Shown one piece after another: positions 40,596 through 53,591 of a DNA stretch of 64,000 nt. The notes below the pieces were generated by a model. That model had not been told where the DNA came from, did not search any database, and saw only the letters and a list, made by a program, of their open reading frames with translations. The first letter of the stretch is position 1. Each line of letters starts with the position of its first letter. The stretch comes from Owenia fusiformis (Eukaryota): assembly GCA_903813345.2 (NCBI GenBank), contig CAIIXF020000001.1, forward strand, positions 15,934,001 through 15,998,000. Direction: 5' to 3'. The position numbers and the translations under genes were made by a program.

Positions 40596-42821
40596 TGTTT
40601 CGATGTTATCAATTTATGATAATTATTGTTCAAGTATTATCTCTTTTCATTCCTTATGTTCTTTGTACTTTCTCCAAAATGTACTTTTAATCTCATTTGA
40701 GCTTCCTGTTCACGTTCATTGCTGTCAGGTTGTGTTTGAGTTACCAATGTGATTGAGGTTTAATGTTTGAATAGCCCCCCAACCACCCTTATTGTCGAAT
40801 AGTCAATAGAGTCAACCAATGACGAACTTGAACTTTAAAATTGGAAGGTTGATATGTTGCAATGCCACGAGGTTTTGCCAGTTGAAGTTCAAGATCCACC
40901 TGCAATACTATGACAATGACGTATCAAATTGGACTGTCCCTTTCTTGGTAATTAATTCAATAATTAAGCTAATAGAACTTCCTTCTTTGTAATATCGCCT
41001 ACATATGGTCAAATGGCTATCTTATAATCCAATAATCTGAATAACAGGTTACAATAGCTGTTATAATGCTATATGGCTTTCATCTTTGCCATGGATCACA
41101 TAATTCCAAAAACCAACACACCAGAGCAATCAGTAAAACAAACACATAATCTTTGGAGGCCAAATTGGCTCGTGATCCGCCAGGGTGGCACACAACCGTA
41201 GCTTACATAAGTTGTTTTGAAGTTCAATAAAAATTGTTTTGAAGCATTGAATGAATGCCTATTCAGGAAAAATTATATAAATCCTAAAAATGTAAACAAG
41301 TATTTTTGAAGTTCAATATGAATTGGTTTCAAACATCAAGTGGATGTCTTATAGAGGCAGAATTATATAAATCCCCAAAATTGTCAGCATGTATTTATTT
41401 TGTTAAATAAGTCTCAGGAGTATTTCAAATGAATACTAAATTGTACAGTGATATTATCATAACCTCCCTTGGTCAAATGGTAAGGATGGTAATGGTAATT
41501 CTACCATGCATAATTTAGAAAAAAATTCTGTTGGTCAGTATGTACTTACCACTTAAAAATTTAGAATAACTTACCAATAATAGTTGTGAACAATGTTATG
41601 TAAGTATTTCAGATTTCAATAATTGCAATACTTCCATACGTGTATGTGAGATGACATGCCATTACGTATAGCAACTAATTGTCATCAATTGCATAATGCC
41701 TCACTGGAAGGAAATATGAAACCATGCTGAAGGTTAAATTAGCCACTTTGAGGGGCACAATTAGCCACTTTGAAGGCCACATCAAGGTTACTTAATCCTA
41801 TTGAAAGTCATTTAGGCTTAAAAACATGATGTGATAGGATTAGAGAAAACAAAAATTCATTCATCATAATCTGGGATGAATGAAACTTAAAGTATGCTAA
41901 TTCCAGCCACAACAGATTAAATAAAACACAATCAATGATTTTAGGAGTATCAAATCCCTCCAAACCATGCATAATCGAAAGATATGCAAGCAGAAGTCAC
42001 ATCAATAGACACATCACATATCAAGTCATTGTGACACTGGTCGAGTATTATTCCTCATATGGGGCTACTATTACTCAATTCACGGAATCAATTATGCAAT
42101 ATCTAAGAATAATCGTGGCGAAATGTTACAGCTAACACTTTGATATGATAGCCTTATAAATGCTCTGATGATAACAGCTTGAAAAACATACTGCGGATGA
42201 AAGAACTATTTTCCAAAAATATTGATAGAAGTTCCATGAAATATGGCTTCATAATTATCGGGACTTTCCAAGAAGCTGTTATGAGGATATTCTTCATAAA
42301 GAGATAATAGTAGAAATATTTGTTCTAATTGGCATAGTTTTGAATTAAGCAAGCTAATTCGGACTTCTACAACTCAATCCTTGTATTCAAACTTTCCAAC
42401 CTTTGTAGTTTTCACATTGGAGGTCTTGAACATGTAACAATGTAAGGGTGTAGTCAGGGTCAAAAAATAGGCACAGCAATTTAAAATAAATTATCATTAG
42501 ATATAACTTTCGCAATTTCAATTTAATAAGATATGTTGGCGTCAGGTAGTTGACTCTATATATGAAGATATGTGGCTATTACTATTTTACGACAGACCTC
42601 AAGGATGTTACAGAAAAAACTACCCTGAAGTTGACTCAAAACCAATGGCATTTATTAACTGTATAAAGTACACTTTCGAAATCTGTAGCATTTGCAAAAT
42701 AAATTTCTATTCAAAATTCCTGTTTTGATAGCTAATGGGCGAGTCAATATTTTACAGTGAATGAATTAGTCATTTGTGAGTGACAGTCTCTCAGAAATAT
42801 ATTTCCTTCAAATGAACTCAC

Positions 42822-42902
42822 GTCAATAAATGTCTCTAGAATTAAGGTGTTCCTCAATTCATTAACATTTGTTAATCTCCTAATTGGCAATATTTTCTCC
42901 AT
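42822..42902 (-). CDS. Candidate alternative first coding exon of the PLEKHG5-like gene (MEKILPIRRLTNVNELRNTLILETFID)
   Basis: aggATGG start, 27 codons, phase-0 donor GAC|gtgagt; a possible acceptor (tttttcatgtag) lies near 42993. Confidence 0.45.
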
Positions 42903-43064
42903 CCTCCAAACAGAGGGATTGAGACATTATTCACTAAGTTCCTTCTTTCTTTGGAATCCTTCGTTCCGAGGATTTATTTTCTTTGAGACTGTCTACATGA
43001 AAAAAATGTGATAAGTGTAGAGGGAGTTAAAGCTCAGGCCAAATCAATTCTAAAATAACCTGAA

Positions 43065-43678
43065 CCTTATTTTCAATGTACTTTGCCTGATGCCTTGTTT
43101 TCAATGAACTACTTTACCTCGCCTTATTTTCAAAGACTTTGCCAATGCACTACTTTACCTCACCTTATTTTCAATGTACTACTTTGCCTCACCTTATTTT
43201 CATTGTACTAATTTGCCTCGCCTCATTTTCAATGTACTACTTTGCCTCACCTTATTTTCAATGTACTACTTTCCCTCGTCTTATTTTCAATGACTTTGCC
43301 TCACCTTATTTTCAATGTACTACTTAGTTTCACCTTATTTTCAATGTTCTACTTTACCTTGCCTTATTTTCAAGGTACTACTTTGCCTCACCTTATTTTC
43401 AATGTACTACTTAGTCTCACCTTATTTTCAATGTACTACTTTGCCTCGCCTTATTTTCAATGTACTACTTAGTCTCACCTTATTTTCAATGTACTACTTT
43501 GCCTCGCCTTATTTTCAATGTACTACTTTGCCTCACCTTATTTTCAATGTACTACTTTGCCTCACCTTATTTTCAATGTACTACTTTGCCTCTCCTTATT
43601 TTCAATGAACTACTTTGCCTTACCTTATTTCCAATGAACTACTCTGCCTTACCTTATTTTCAATGTTACTTTGCCTCA
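43065..43678. repeat. 29-bp minisatellite, about 21 copies
   Basis: Unit CTACTTTGCCTCACCTTATTTTCAATGTA with variants; it explains the overlapping repetitive ORFs at 43139-43759. Confidence 0.95.
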
Positions 43679-44470
43679 CAGAATGATTTCAGACAGTTCA
43701 AAAATATTTCAAAATATAGAACAAAAAATCGAACACAACAGGAAATGATGGCATCATGATAAATATCCCGTGCAAAGAGTCGATGTAACAGCATTACTTG
43801 ACAAGATGCTATGTCACATTGATTTTGTAATTCCATTCTAAGATTCAGTGACCACGAACTCTAAACAAGCACAAGACAGATTACACTATACACCAATAAT
43901 TTCAAAAATATTATCAAAAATTCATTTTCATTTATTTTCCATTTGACATTCTTCTATAACGTCTATTCGATATTTACCTTTATTATCAACCATATATTTG
44001 TCCAAAAGGTACGGCGCCCTATGTTCGCTCTCATTCATTCGACTGATTCAACTGACCTTAATGTCCAATGTTAAACAACCCCAAGCACATGAATGAAGTC
44101 ATGGAAATCGTCATCAGATTTAGTCTATATTAAGTAACATTAGGACTAAAAGGCCTATATTTAGACATAATTTGGTTAGGTTGGCAATATATGCAGTGCC
44201 AAAGTGTAGGTAGAAGAGTACATGTCATAATTAATTCAGGAAACCATTACAACCATGTACAAATATCTTACATAAGCATCCAGCATTTCACTTAATTGGT
44301 ACATGTACAAATCACATGTACTGCGATGACATTATAGTAATAGAAAACAAACATGTACAAATGCAACAACATTTTTCATCAATTTTTGTTTCAAAACCTC
44401 ACACCAGGATGTGCAAGTACAGCATGCTTGATTCATTCTCCTGAAATAAATTCCTCCACCAGATGGCTCT

Positions 44471-44671
44471 CATTTATCATGCTGGAACTACTTCATGCCG
44501 GAACTACTTGCCTCATCTGAAAATGTGGTTGCAAGATTTTTGACGGAGGCAGAACGTCTTTTATATGTTCCATTTATCATGCTGGAACTACTTCATGCTG
44601 GAACTACTTGCCTCATCTGAAAATGTGGCTGCAAGATTTTTGACGGAGACAGAACGTCTTTTATATGTTCC
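44471..44671. repeat. 100-bp tandem duplication
   Basis: CATTTATCATGCTGGAACTACTTCATG.. starts at both 44471 and 44571, with about 3 substitutions between copies. Confidence 0.92.
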
Positions 44672-44791
44672 ATCCATGATTCCGTTTGGGTGTTCATCTT
44701 TAGCGATGCTCAGCTTGTATTTCTTGCGTGACAAGTTAAATGAATTATGACGCTGAATAACGGGAGGATGTGAAGAGTGTTGTTGGCGCAT
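44612..44791 (-). CDS. Candidate alternative first coding exon with GC donor (MRQQHSSHPPVIQRHNSFNLSRKKYKLSIAKDEHPNGIMDGTYKRRSVSVKNLAATFSDE)
   Basis: 60 open codons ending at GAG|gcaagt, a consensus GC-AG donor in phase 0. Confidence 0.45.
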
Positions 44792-45631
44792 AGACTGCTC
44801 CCTCTTTATGTATATCTTAAAACATGACAAAAAATAATACAATTATTTTTTTGCTTTTTCGTTTCTCCCGATGTTGTTCCTTTATTTTCATGAAAAGTCC
44901 TAGTCATAGATAAAAAATTGAAAATAATTATATTAGAATTGATAAAAAATGATTAATTAGGCTATTAGTAAAGCCATGCAGGTGCTCCTCCAATCTCACT
45001 GATGTATTATATAAGATAACCAAGAGCACAGAATGTAGACAGAAGAGGTGATGATTGGATTTCCAACCAACGTCAGTAGACTTTATTGAAACAATGTAAT
45101 AGTGTCATTGCATGCAGCTATATGCCTTCTCAGAGAATCAGGATGTTGCTGTTCTGGGCCTTCTTCCTCTAAGATATTTCTGTTCCTAACAGTTCCTCTA
45201 TTGATTGACCTTCAGACCTATGATCACACCATATCAAATCAGATTTATTCATCGAATCTCAGTTCAGATTCAACGTCCATTTCGAGTCCATTTTGATCTT
45301 ACCCAAATAAGGGCATTATGGACCCGTAATCCCATAAATAGATGCACTGTCAGCAGCAGTCTCTTCATCTACTGATCTGCTTATTTCAGCAGACACCTCA
45401 CCTGCACTTTTCTATTTTTCATACTTTACTCAAACTTTTTTGAAGTAAAGTCAATACATTGCCATGTTGGCATTATAGGTTTGGACATTTCACTGAATCA
45501 TCTAATTTCATGACTGAACTATCATTAATAAATGTACCATAGTTTTGCGATTCAAATTATTACTATTTGCAAGAAATGGGACACATGTATCTCTAGACAC
45601 ATCAACACCAATTGTGTATACATACACAGTA

Positions 45632-45792
45632 CAGTAAAACCTGTATATCTGAACATCTATCTAATCTGAATACCTCTCTCATCCGAACTATGTAATCCAA
45701 ACACTTTTTGGTTCTCATTTGTTATCCTCCCATTGACTCCCATCTTAAAAAAGTTAAAACTCTCAATCCAACTGATAAGACAGGTTTTACTG
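45632..45792. mobile_element. pogo/Tigger-type MITE
   Basis: TA|CAGTAAAACCTGT...ACAGGTTTTACTG|TA, 161 bp. Confidence 0.8.
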
Positions 45793-48700
45793 TATACCTA
45801 TGTGTCATCAGTCTGCACCTGATGATGCTATATTATAATGCTTATATATAGCTGATGACATGAAATATGTCAATGTATACAGGAGCTAAATAATAAAGCT
45901 AGATTCTCGATACAGTAAACATCCCGGGGTACGCATAAATTGCCAGTTAATCAATCAATTGATGAATCTAAAATAAGAAAAATATGACACATCTACCTTT
46001 AATTGCCCTTATTGCATGTATTGTAGTTTTCCAGTGATAATTAAGAATTCGGTACATCAAAGTTATCAAGTGCTGAACATTACAAGGACAAACTGGCCTA
46101 AGAAACGATGAGGTACTCTATTGTCATTCAAGAGATGTTCACTCCATTACATGGGATTCTTATGTTGTGATGTCACAAAAGGGACTCGGTTGGTATAAAG
46201 GGTGTGGTATTACATTTATCGCGATTTACCCATAGCAATGACAAGAGTGTTTCACTTGCAAATTTGGACCATCATAAACCAACCTAAAATGTGAAAAATT
46301 AAAAAGGCACCTAGGGTAATAATTTCATAACATAGTCACCTTTGGGCTCATGGAGGCTTTGTATTGCACTGTGTGCTTCAGCATCCTACGAGACATCAGA
46401 GTCGGTGGTAGTAATATTGTGATGCTTATAAATATCCCAGGATCGGTGTGATATATATTGTGTGGATCATATTGAAGATTGACTCACTAGTCCACTCCCT
46501 GTATCTGCTTATGAAGGAGTCTGTCATTACCTATGATTCTAATTGTATCTAGTTGCTTAACAGGTATCGGTCTATTACAACACTACTCTATAGCAATCCA
46601 TCTCGCGTAATGCCAATACAAATCAACTGATCACATACACGACAATGCATACAGTGAAATACTATCTTATTAGCACATCTTGTGAGCATTTTTGATATCA
46701 GTATATAGGATGTATTCCTTACTTAGCGGTTCTGTTTTTGTACTTATTGGTAATGTGACATATACCATATATACAGGTAGAGTTAGGAGCCAAGCATGCA
46801 ATATTCTTGTTTTATTTGTTAAATGTCAAGGGAATTAGTTGCCATTAGTTCCCACTTATTCACACAATGAAGCTATGCTTTATTAGTTATCTTCTCACAG
46901 TAGTCAGATCCGATGCTTCGTTTATTGTTTATATTTTTCACTCCATCTGGCTAGTGAGATCCTGCATCAATTAGTGAGATTATGTTTTTAATTAATGAGG
47001 CGTGGATGAGTCTTAGGTGTTTCGTTGATTCCTTGTGGGTTACAAAGATTGTGAGATCCTATATTTTCTTCTCGATGATTCTCACTGAAATGTGTTTCGC
47101 ACAACTCGTCACCTTACTGTAAGATCCTTAATTTGTCACAGTACTATACATCCACACTATCTGTCACCTTACTTCAGCCAAATGTCACCTTATAATCAAT
47201 CCACAAAATCTGCCACTTAACAATCAGTCCACTCAATATGTTTACTCATTACTCATTCTAATATTTCTCTCTGAATGTAACGGTATGGATGTAAAATGTG
47301 CAACTGTTTATGTTATCGTATGATATATCTCATCATATATTGATTATTTCACATTTCATAGGTTTACCTTTTGTTTTGTTGTATTTAACAAGCTATAAGT
47401 CCATTTAAGGTAATCAAAGCCATTCATTTTGCTGAATGTCAACGACTAATTGCACAGATTGCGATTATATTTTCTCGCTCTCATGTCAGGAAAGTCAGAA
47501 CAGCATAACCTGATTGGACTATTAAGTCATAAAAGATTATATTCTGCTTATGATTTGTCAGCGTATCTCTATTATGTCGTATTGCTATCCTATACGCGAA
47601 TGTTGAGTAAACGCAGATTCTAGATGAACTATTAGATGTGCAGATATTATCTTGTCTGTTATATAAGATGGAAGCACTGTAAAAACATGGAGAACACCTC
47701 TTCGACTGAAACACCTGCATAAGTGGAACATTCTTCAGAATCCTATGGCCCATATGACTAAATGTTACGTTTTAGAGGTACCAAAATGAGGTGTTCCACT
47801 TACACAGACTTCATTGTATGTCATTTATTGTAGACTGCATGCATATCTTTCCATGCATATGTCAATTCTTCTTTTGCTTTTTCATGGTAGTTATCATTTG
47901 TATCACAACGAGAATCTTTGTGACCAAGGTGATGTCCTTTCTTTGGACAGACGAATGTGAAACTATAAATGATATTGCATACAAAGCATATAAACATTAA
48001 AGCATCAACTTTGGAGGGGTAATGATTTGGGATGTACTTAAGTTGACTTAATGCTCTCAGGTTTCCATTCATTGAAAAATGCAATAACTTAAGAGAGATG
48101 TACCTTTGGGAAGACTTTCCTTGATTGGATCAATTGTGTCTTGGATCAAAAAAATTTAAACAGAAATTTTGGGTAAAGAGATACATAAAGTATTTGAGAT
48201 TTTGATGATTGAGATCATATCAATCAGAAAGTTATCATGCAAAATGACAGTTATAAGTTAATAACAATAGTAACCTTTCAATATAAGTTAGTTAAAGCTG
48301 CACAAAAACCAATTTGTACTTATATTATGTTAGGTGCAGTGACGGCTCAGCTATAAAAGAACATACACTGAGAGGGCCTTGACTGAGTCAAAGTGACACA
48401 CAGATACATTAAAGATAGAAAATTAGAAGCAAAGTACATGCTCAGATCTAAGTCTTCTCTGCATCCTCTGCTGAAATTATTAAATAACAAATGATGATAA
48501 TTATTCATTGACTCATCAGTTTTATGTTCACGTCTTTATTTACGTTCGTTGTTTCAAATGAGAATGTGTGCAGATGGCGAATCGTGTATTCCTAAAATGT
48601 GGCATTGAAAGAAGATAACATTAAAAATACATCTTAAATCTATAAAGATTATTAAGACAGAGTATATACCTTTGCTGGACAATATCCCAAAGGAGAATTC

Positions 48701-50381
48701 TGAAACATAATCTGCAATAAAATTCTGGCGACCCTATTAACTAGAATGGAATATTTGTTCTCAAATCCATTGCTGAGTTGTAGACAATGACTGGCCTGGA
48801 GTACAGCGTATTCGTAGAATTACAGGATAATCTAGTAGGATCTGTTGAGAATTAATTTCAAGAATGAATAAGTATTTGTAAAAAACAAGTCTTTCAATTG
48901 TTGTATACGATTACAGAGAAGGAAACTACGAATGTTACCTCTGGCAAAATCGATTTGCACTAAAATGAACTAACTTAACTCAAATCAGTTAGCATATCAT
49001 TGGCACAAATTTCAACATTAGCTGCTCCATTTAACTAAATAATTTATTTTTCAAACTAAACCTACCCGCTTGACAGACATCATCTTGAATCAATCAATTA
49101 TCCTTTATATTCCATTGTGTTCTGACTTTTCCATCATCACAAGCAGAAGGGTCACTTTTTAGGTGGACGTCAAATATTTTTTAAATCACATTTTTGTATG
49201 TATGATATGTTAATCCTATTTGATCCCTAAGCTTATGTATCCCATATAGCCTCTGTAAATCCCCACATGTTCAGTGAGCATGAATGCTTACTTGTGTACA
49301 TCATATGTATGTTAGGGCGCTCAACATATATGTTATACCTCAAAATAATGTCAAAACCTCACAACCATTAACCTGACATCAGCAATGAACAAAACATTTT
49401 AAAATAATGGTAAATTAATATTGGTTTATAAATCTTATGAATTATGAGGGTCAAATGTATGTCCATCTGTTGGTACGCCAGATGCTAATGTAAACCTGCG
49501 ACATGATATTTTTAATCTCATCTTTTATAAAGACGTTCTAATTAACTAGAGAATGGATTGATTTTTGCGAATAAACAGTCATTAGTCAATCAATACAGAA
49601 TATTGCTGTTAGTGGATAGTAAGAACATATTTAGGTATACTGCATGCTGCCATTACATGTATATATGTTTATGTAATATGTGTTGGCATTAGATTCAGAT
49701 ACCTTGAAACCCATACAGGAATCTTGAATGTCCAATGCCCAATGACCATACATCAGGTGCTTATATGTTTAATGTTAAGCACGGCCAAAATGTTGAATAG
49801 TTGCAAGAGAAGTACCTATTGATACAAATGAAGATATAACTCCAAAAATCAAACCTGGGGTCTCATAATTCATATTTCCTCAAGTCCATGACAATATATT
49901 TGACATTCATCAATATCTAAGATTAAATATCTGTCATGTTATATCCGGATCAACACTCCAAAATCCAAGAAGAACAATCAGATAATGCTGGAAATACTAA
50001 AAAAAAGAAGGTAAGCATATCGATATGTCCTCCTAATCTCACCAAGTCCAAAGTCATGAAGAGACCCATATAGGATTAGACTTATACAATTAAATACCTG
50101 GATCATTTCAATTACATTTTTATTGCAGGGAATTATGTTGCATGATACTTAGCAGTTTCTTCATCAACTTTAAGATTTTTTAAGGTTCCATCAAAATCAT
50201 GATGTAAACCAGATGGGAGCAAATATGCCAATAACAGCTGGTAAATATGTTGATTTCAATATTATTCTAATATTATTTGTTGTATACATTTGGCTTTGAA
50301 ATTCAGACGAATACAAAAAAACTCTGTAATCTGATGAATCGTTCCTACACAAATTCAAAATGCAGCATAAATTCTTCACGT

Positions 50382-50508
50382 GGCATTAACATGCCAAAAG
50401 TCACCACCTGCCATTTGTTACAGATGCCAAACACTGGATGGCAACTGTCGTCACAAAAAAGTTAGATACCATAACAATATGTCAACACTTTTGGTGGTGA
50501 CATAAAAA
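50382..50508 (-). mobile_element. Short Helentron-associated (HINE/DINE-like) interspersed element, most complete copy
   Basis: Minus strand: TTTTTATGTCACCACC-AAAA-GTGTTGACAT (subTIR plus stem-loop)...GGTGGTGAC (subTIR)-GCATGTTAATGC (palindrome). Related copies at ~5502-5625, ~32627-32740, ~35190-35316 and ~51372-51477. Confidence 0.65.
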
Positions 50509-51493
50509 TCACTAGACAGGGCAACAACAATTAACCCAGCACCACTTTGATCATTGAGTTTCACTCATTTAACTCCAAAAAACTCTCACATCTTTAAAAC
50601 ACTGAAATCAACTGAAGAATAGATATTCTGTCACAACAGGATAGCGGATTGTCTGAAATTCCACCCCTGGGATTAATATATGTATGGCTCTTAGAATTTT
50701 ATTGGCACAGACTAATACATCATAGTTACAAACAAGATTACCCACTGTTTTATTGGTAACAAACGTATGTCAGTTTGCTCTAATTAATCACAAAGACAAT
50801 TAGTTCTGCTTTATCTTAGGTGACATGTTTCCAAAATATTGGCAATGGGAAATGAACCATAGACATTGACTATCAATAGATACTAACCTTCCTTATTTGA
50901 TATGTAAGGAACTGAGAGCTTAATTTAATATGCTCTCTCAATGTCACTTGGGAGTTATAAACACTGTTTTGCTAAGGTTTCAAAGGAAATTATGATTTGT
51001 ACTTTATGTTGATGAAGGTTTCTTTTAATGTAATACTGGAGATTGTAGACGTCATGAAATGTTCAAATTTTCCAATATTGGGGTGATTTACTTGATGTGG
51101 CGATATTTTCAACAAGGAATAAATATTTACTTAAACCATTCAATATGGTGAAATTCAGCACAAGTTTGGGTAGGCAATTAGTCATTATATATTTTGTCAA
51201 AATATTTTTCCTTTCTGCAGAATTAAGTCATGCATGAAAAAGTTTCACTATGGTTGAAAAGCACAGAAGAATTTCCTTCCATGTATTTTCATGGACATAA
51301 TTACCTTTTTTAAAAATTGTTGTTAAATTCATATCTAATTTTTAATAAATTATAATAGAAGAAAATAACACTTGTTACAGACATTGATCACCGAGCACCA
51401 ACTGCCAAACCCGAACACCAACCACAAAAAGCTGGAGACTATAACAATATGTCAACGCTTTTCGTGGTGACATAATAAACTGAAAAAGCCTAC

Positions 51494-51529
51494 CTCTTTA
51501 GTTCTAAGTATTCGTGGTAGGTGCACCAT
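51494..51529 (-). CDS. Candidate alternative first coding exon (MVHLPRILRTKE)
   Basis: gtaATGG start, 12 codons, phase-0 donor GAG|gtaggc; short enough to be chance. Confidence 0.3.
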
Positions 51530-51642
51530 TACAATCTCTCTAAACAACAAAGTGCTTTTCAAATTCCTGTCTTTCATAACTGAGATGTCTCTGGTTGAAA
51601 TCATTGTAAAACAGTGATAGAGATTTCATACTAAAGTATATA

Positions 51643-52668
51643 CAGGGTGGGCCAAAAAAAACCAATACCCAACTTTAAATCAGACTGAAAATAGCTATGT
51701 TCAATATGATACATTGATTTATATATCATTTTAAAGGTAATCCATTTTCGAACAATTTGGTATATAACACTATGTCATGAAACCAATATTAACGTTTTAT
51801 AATGCTTATTTGCGAGGCCGGGTTGGTATTTAAGGTATCCAGATTTTAGGGAGAAAATAGTAAATCTGTGGAATAATGTTAATTTTTCATTTATAGAATA
51901 TCATTTTGTTAGGTGAATAAATTAAACGTATATGTGACGAGGATTTTATTTTCAAACAAGACATTGCCTCATACCATAGATCTCAGGAGACATTGGCATT
52001 CCTTTGCAAACAAGGTGTCAATTTGATTGATCTCGATGCTCGGCCACCCAACAGCCCCAATGCTACATGTAATGTGTTTGATTACCATACATGGAGCCAT
52101 CTCGAGGAAATGGTACAATCAAAAGCATCCAATAAACAGCTTTGATGAGTTGAAACAGAATCCTAAAGTGCTGAAATGAATTGCAACAGAAATCTCTCAA
52201 TAAGGCTATTGATAGATTGCGCTACCACTTGAAGCTTATTATTGATGCAGAGGGGAGGGGGTGGGGGTATATTGAGCAATTGTGAAAATTGTTTAGATAA
52301 ATAAAGTGTAAAATGTTATTAAACAACACTGAAATTCATAAACAATAAGTTTAGTCACACAATGATGCAAATATTAATATCCAAGCATGTATTCACCTAA
52401 CAAATGAATGATATTCTATAAATAAAAATTAACATAATTCCGCAGATTTACTATTTTCTCCCTTAAATCTGGAGACCTTAAATAGCAACCCAGCCTCCGA
52501 AATAAGTATAATAAAACTTTACTATTGATTTCATGACATAGTGTTATATACCAAATTGTTTGAAATTGTATAACCTTTAAAATGATATGTAAGTCAATGT
52601 ACCATATTGAATGTAACTATTTTTATCCTGATTTGAAGTTGGGTATTGGTTTTTTTTGGCCCACCCTG
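51643..52668 (+). mobile_element. Internally deleted Tc1/mariner-superfamily element (DD37D/maT-like) with long TIRs
   Basis: TA|CAGGGTGGGCCAAAAA...TTTTTGGCCCACCCTG|TA; TIRs about 275 bp. A decayed transposase C-terminal fragment at ~51945-52270 reads FIF/QDIASYHRSQETLAFL..RPPNSPNA[TC]NVFDYHTWSHLEEMV. Confidence 0.88.
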
Positions 52669-52802
52669 TATATGCCTACATGACAATCTGGATTTGTTGA
52701 AAGGAAACAATTACTAATGATTATCTCTTGATTACAAAGCAAGTGCCTGTGTTTTTGCAAGTTGAATGGATGTCTTATAAGTCAATGACACTGTAGGCTT
52801 AC

Positions 52803-52838
52803 CCTCTCTGCCAACAACTTCAACCCTGATCTTATCAT
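52803..52838 (-). CDS. Candidate alternative first coding exon (MIRSGLKLLAER)
   Basis: 12 codons, phase-0 donor AGG|gtaagc; short enough to be chance. Confidence 0.3.
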
Positions 52839-52984
52839 CTAGTACATTGCACTCTGAGAGAGAATGATTGATTAACAGCATTCAACCAATCATGCTCAGA
52901 CCCAGGGTCGGATTTTGTAAAGAAGGGGGGTCACTTTTCAAAAGATACTAGGGGGTTCTTATTTGACAACTTCGGCCCAAAATA

Positions 52985-53475
52985 CTGTAAAACGGGTATT
53001 GTTAGCGAGGGGTAATTGTTAGCGATTGTTAGCGATCGCTATAGTTTCGCTAAAAATTCAATTCGCTAAAATAAACCGGGGTTAAAATAAACCGGGCGCT
53101 GAAATTCCCGGTAAACTACATGAATACTAGTATTTAAGGAGCTTTTCGTTCAGTGCTCGACTTCCGGTTTGTAATTTGAGATTAGTTTGGACCGAAAAAT
53201 CAACGATTTTAAGTGCTTCCGTGATTTTGTGATTAGTCTGATGAGATTACAGTAGTTTGGACCAATACCATGTGCGTTAGAAGTCTTACATTTTGATAAT
53301 TCCTCTGTCATGTCCGTTATTCATTCTTCTGCCATAAATGATAAAATTTCTAATGCATTTCGCTAATTTGATTTTTAAAGATTAATCTTCATTTCGCTAA
53401 AATTTCCCGCGCTAAAACCCCCTAAAATTGAAAAATCGCTAAAATTTCCCGGTGTCAAAATTACCCGTTTTACAG
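52985..53475. mobile_element. TA-flanked MITE (pogo/Tc2-type ends inferred)
   Basis: TA|CTGTAAAACGGGTA...TACCCGTTTTACAG|TA, with repeated subterminal TTAGCG/CGCTAA motifs. Confidence 0.85.
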
Positions 53476-53591
53476 TAACTTGAAATTGGTCAGAATGTTG
53501 AAAAACTGAATGAACACCCCGACATTTGAACTCGGAATCCTACAAATACTCGGACTTCAGCAAACATGAGGTTTGGGCAAATTAGGTTCAA

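Noticed and set aside
43139-43759. Overlapping repetitive ORFs (SPYFQCTTLPHLIFNVLL)
   Set aside because: They are products of the 29-bp tandem repeat.
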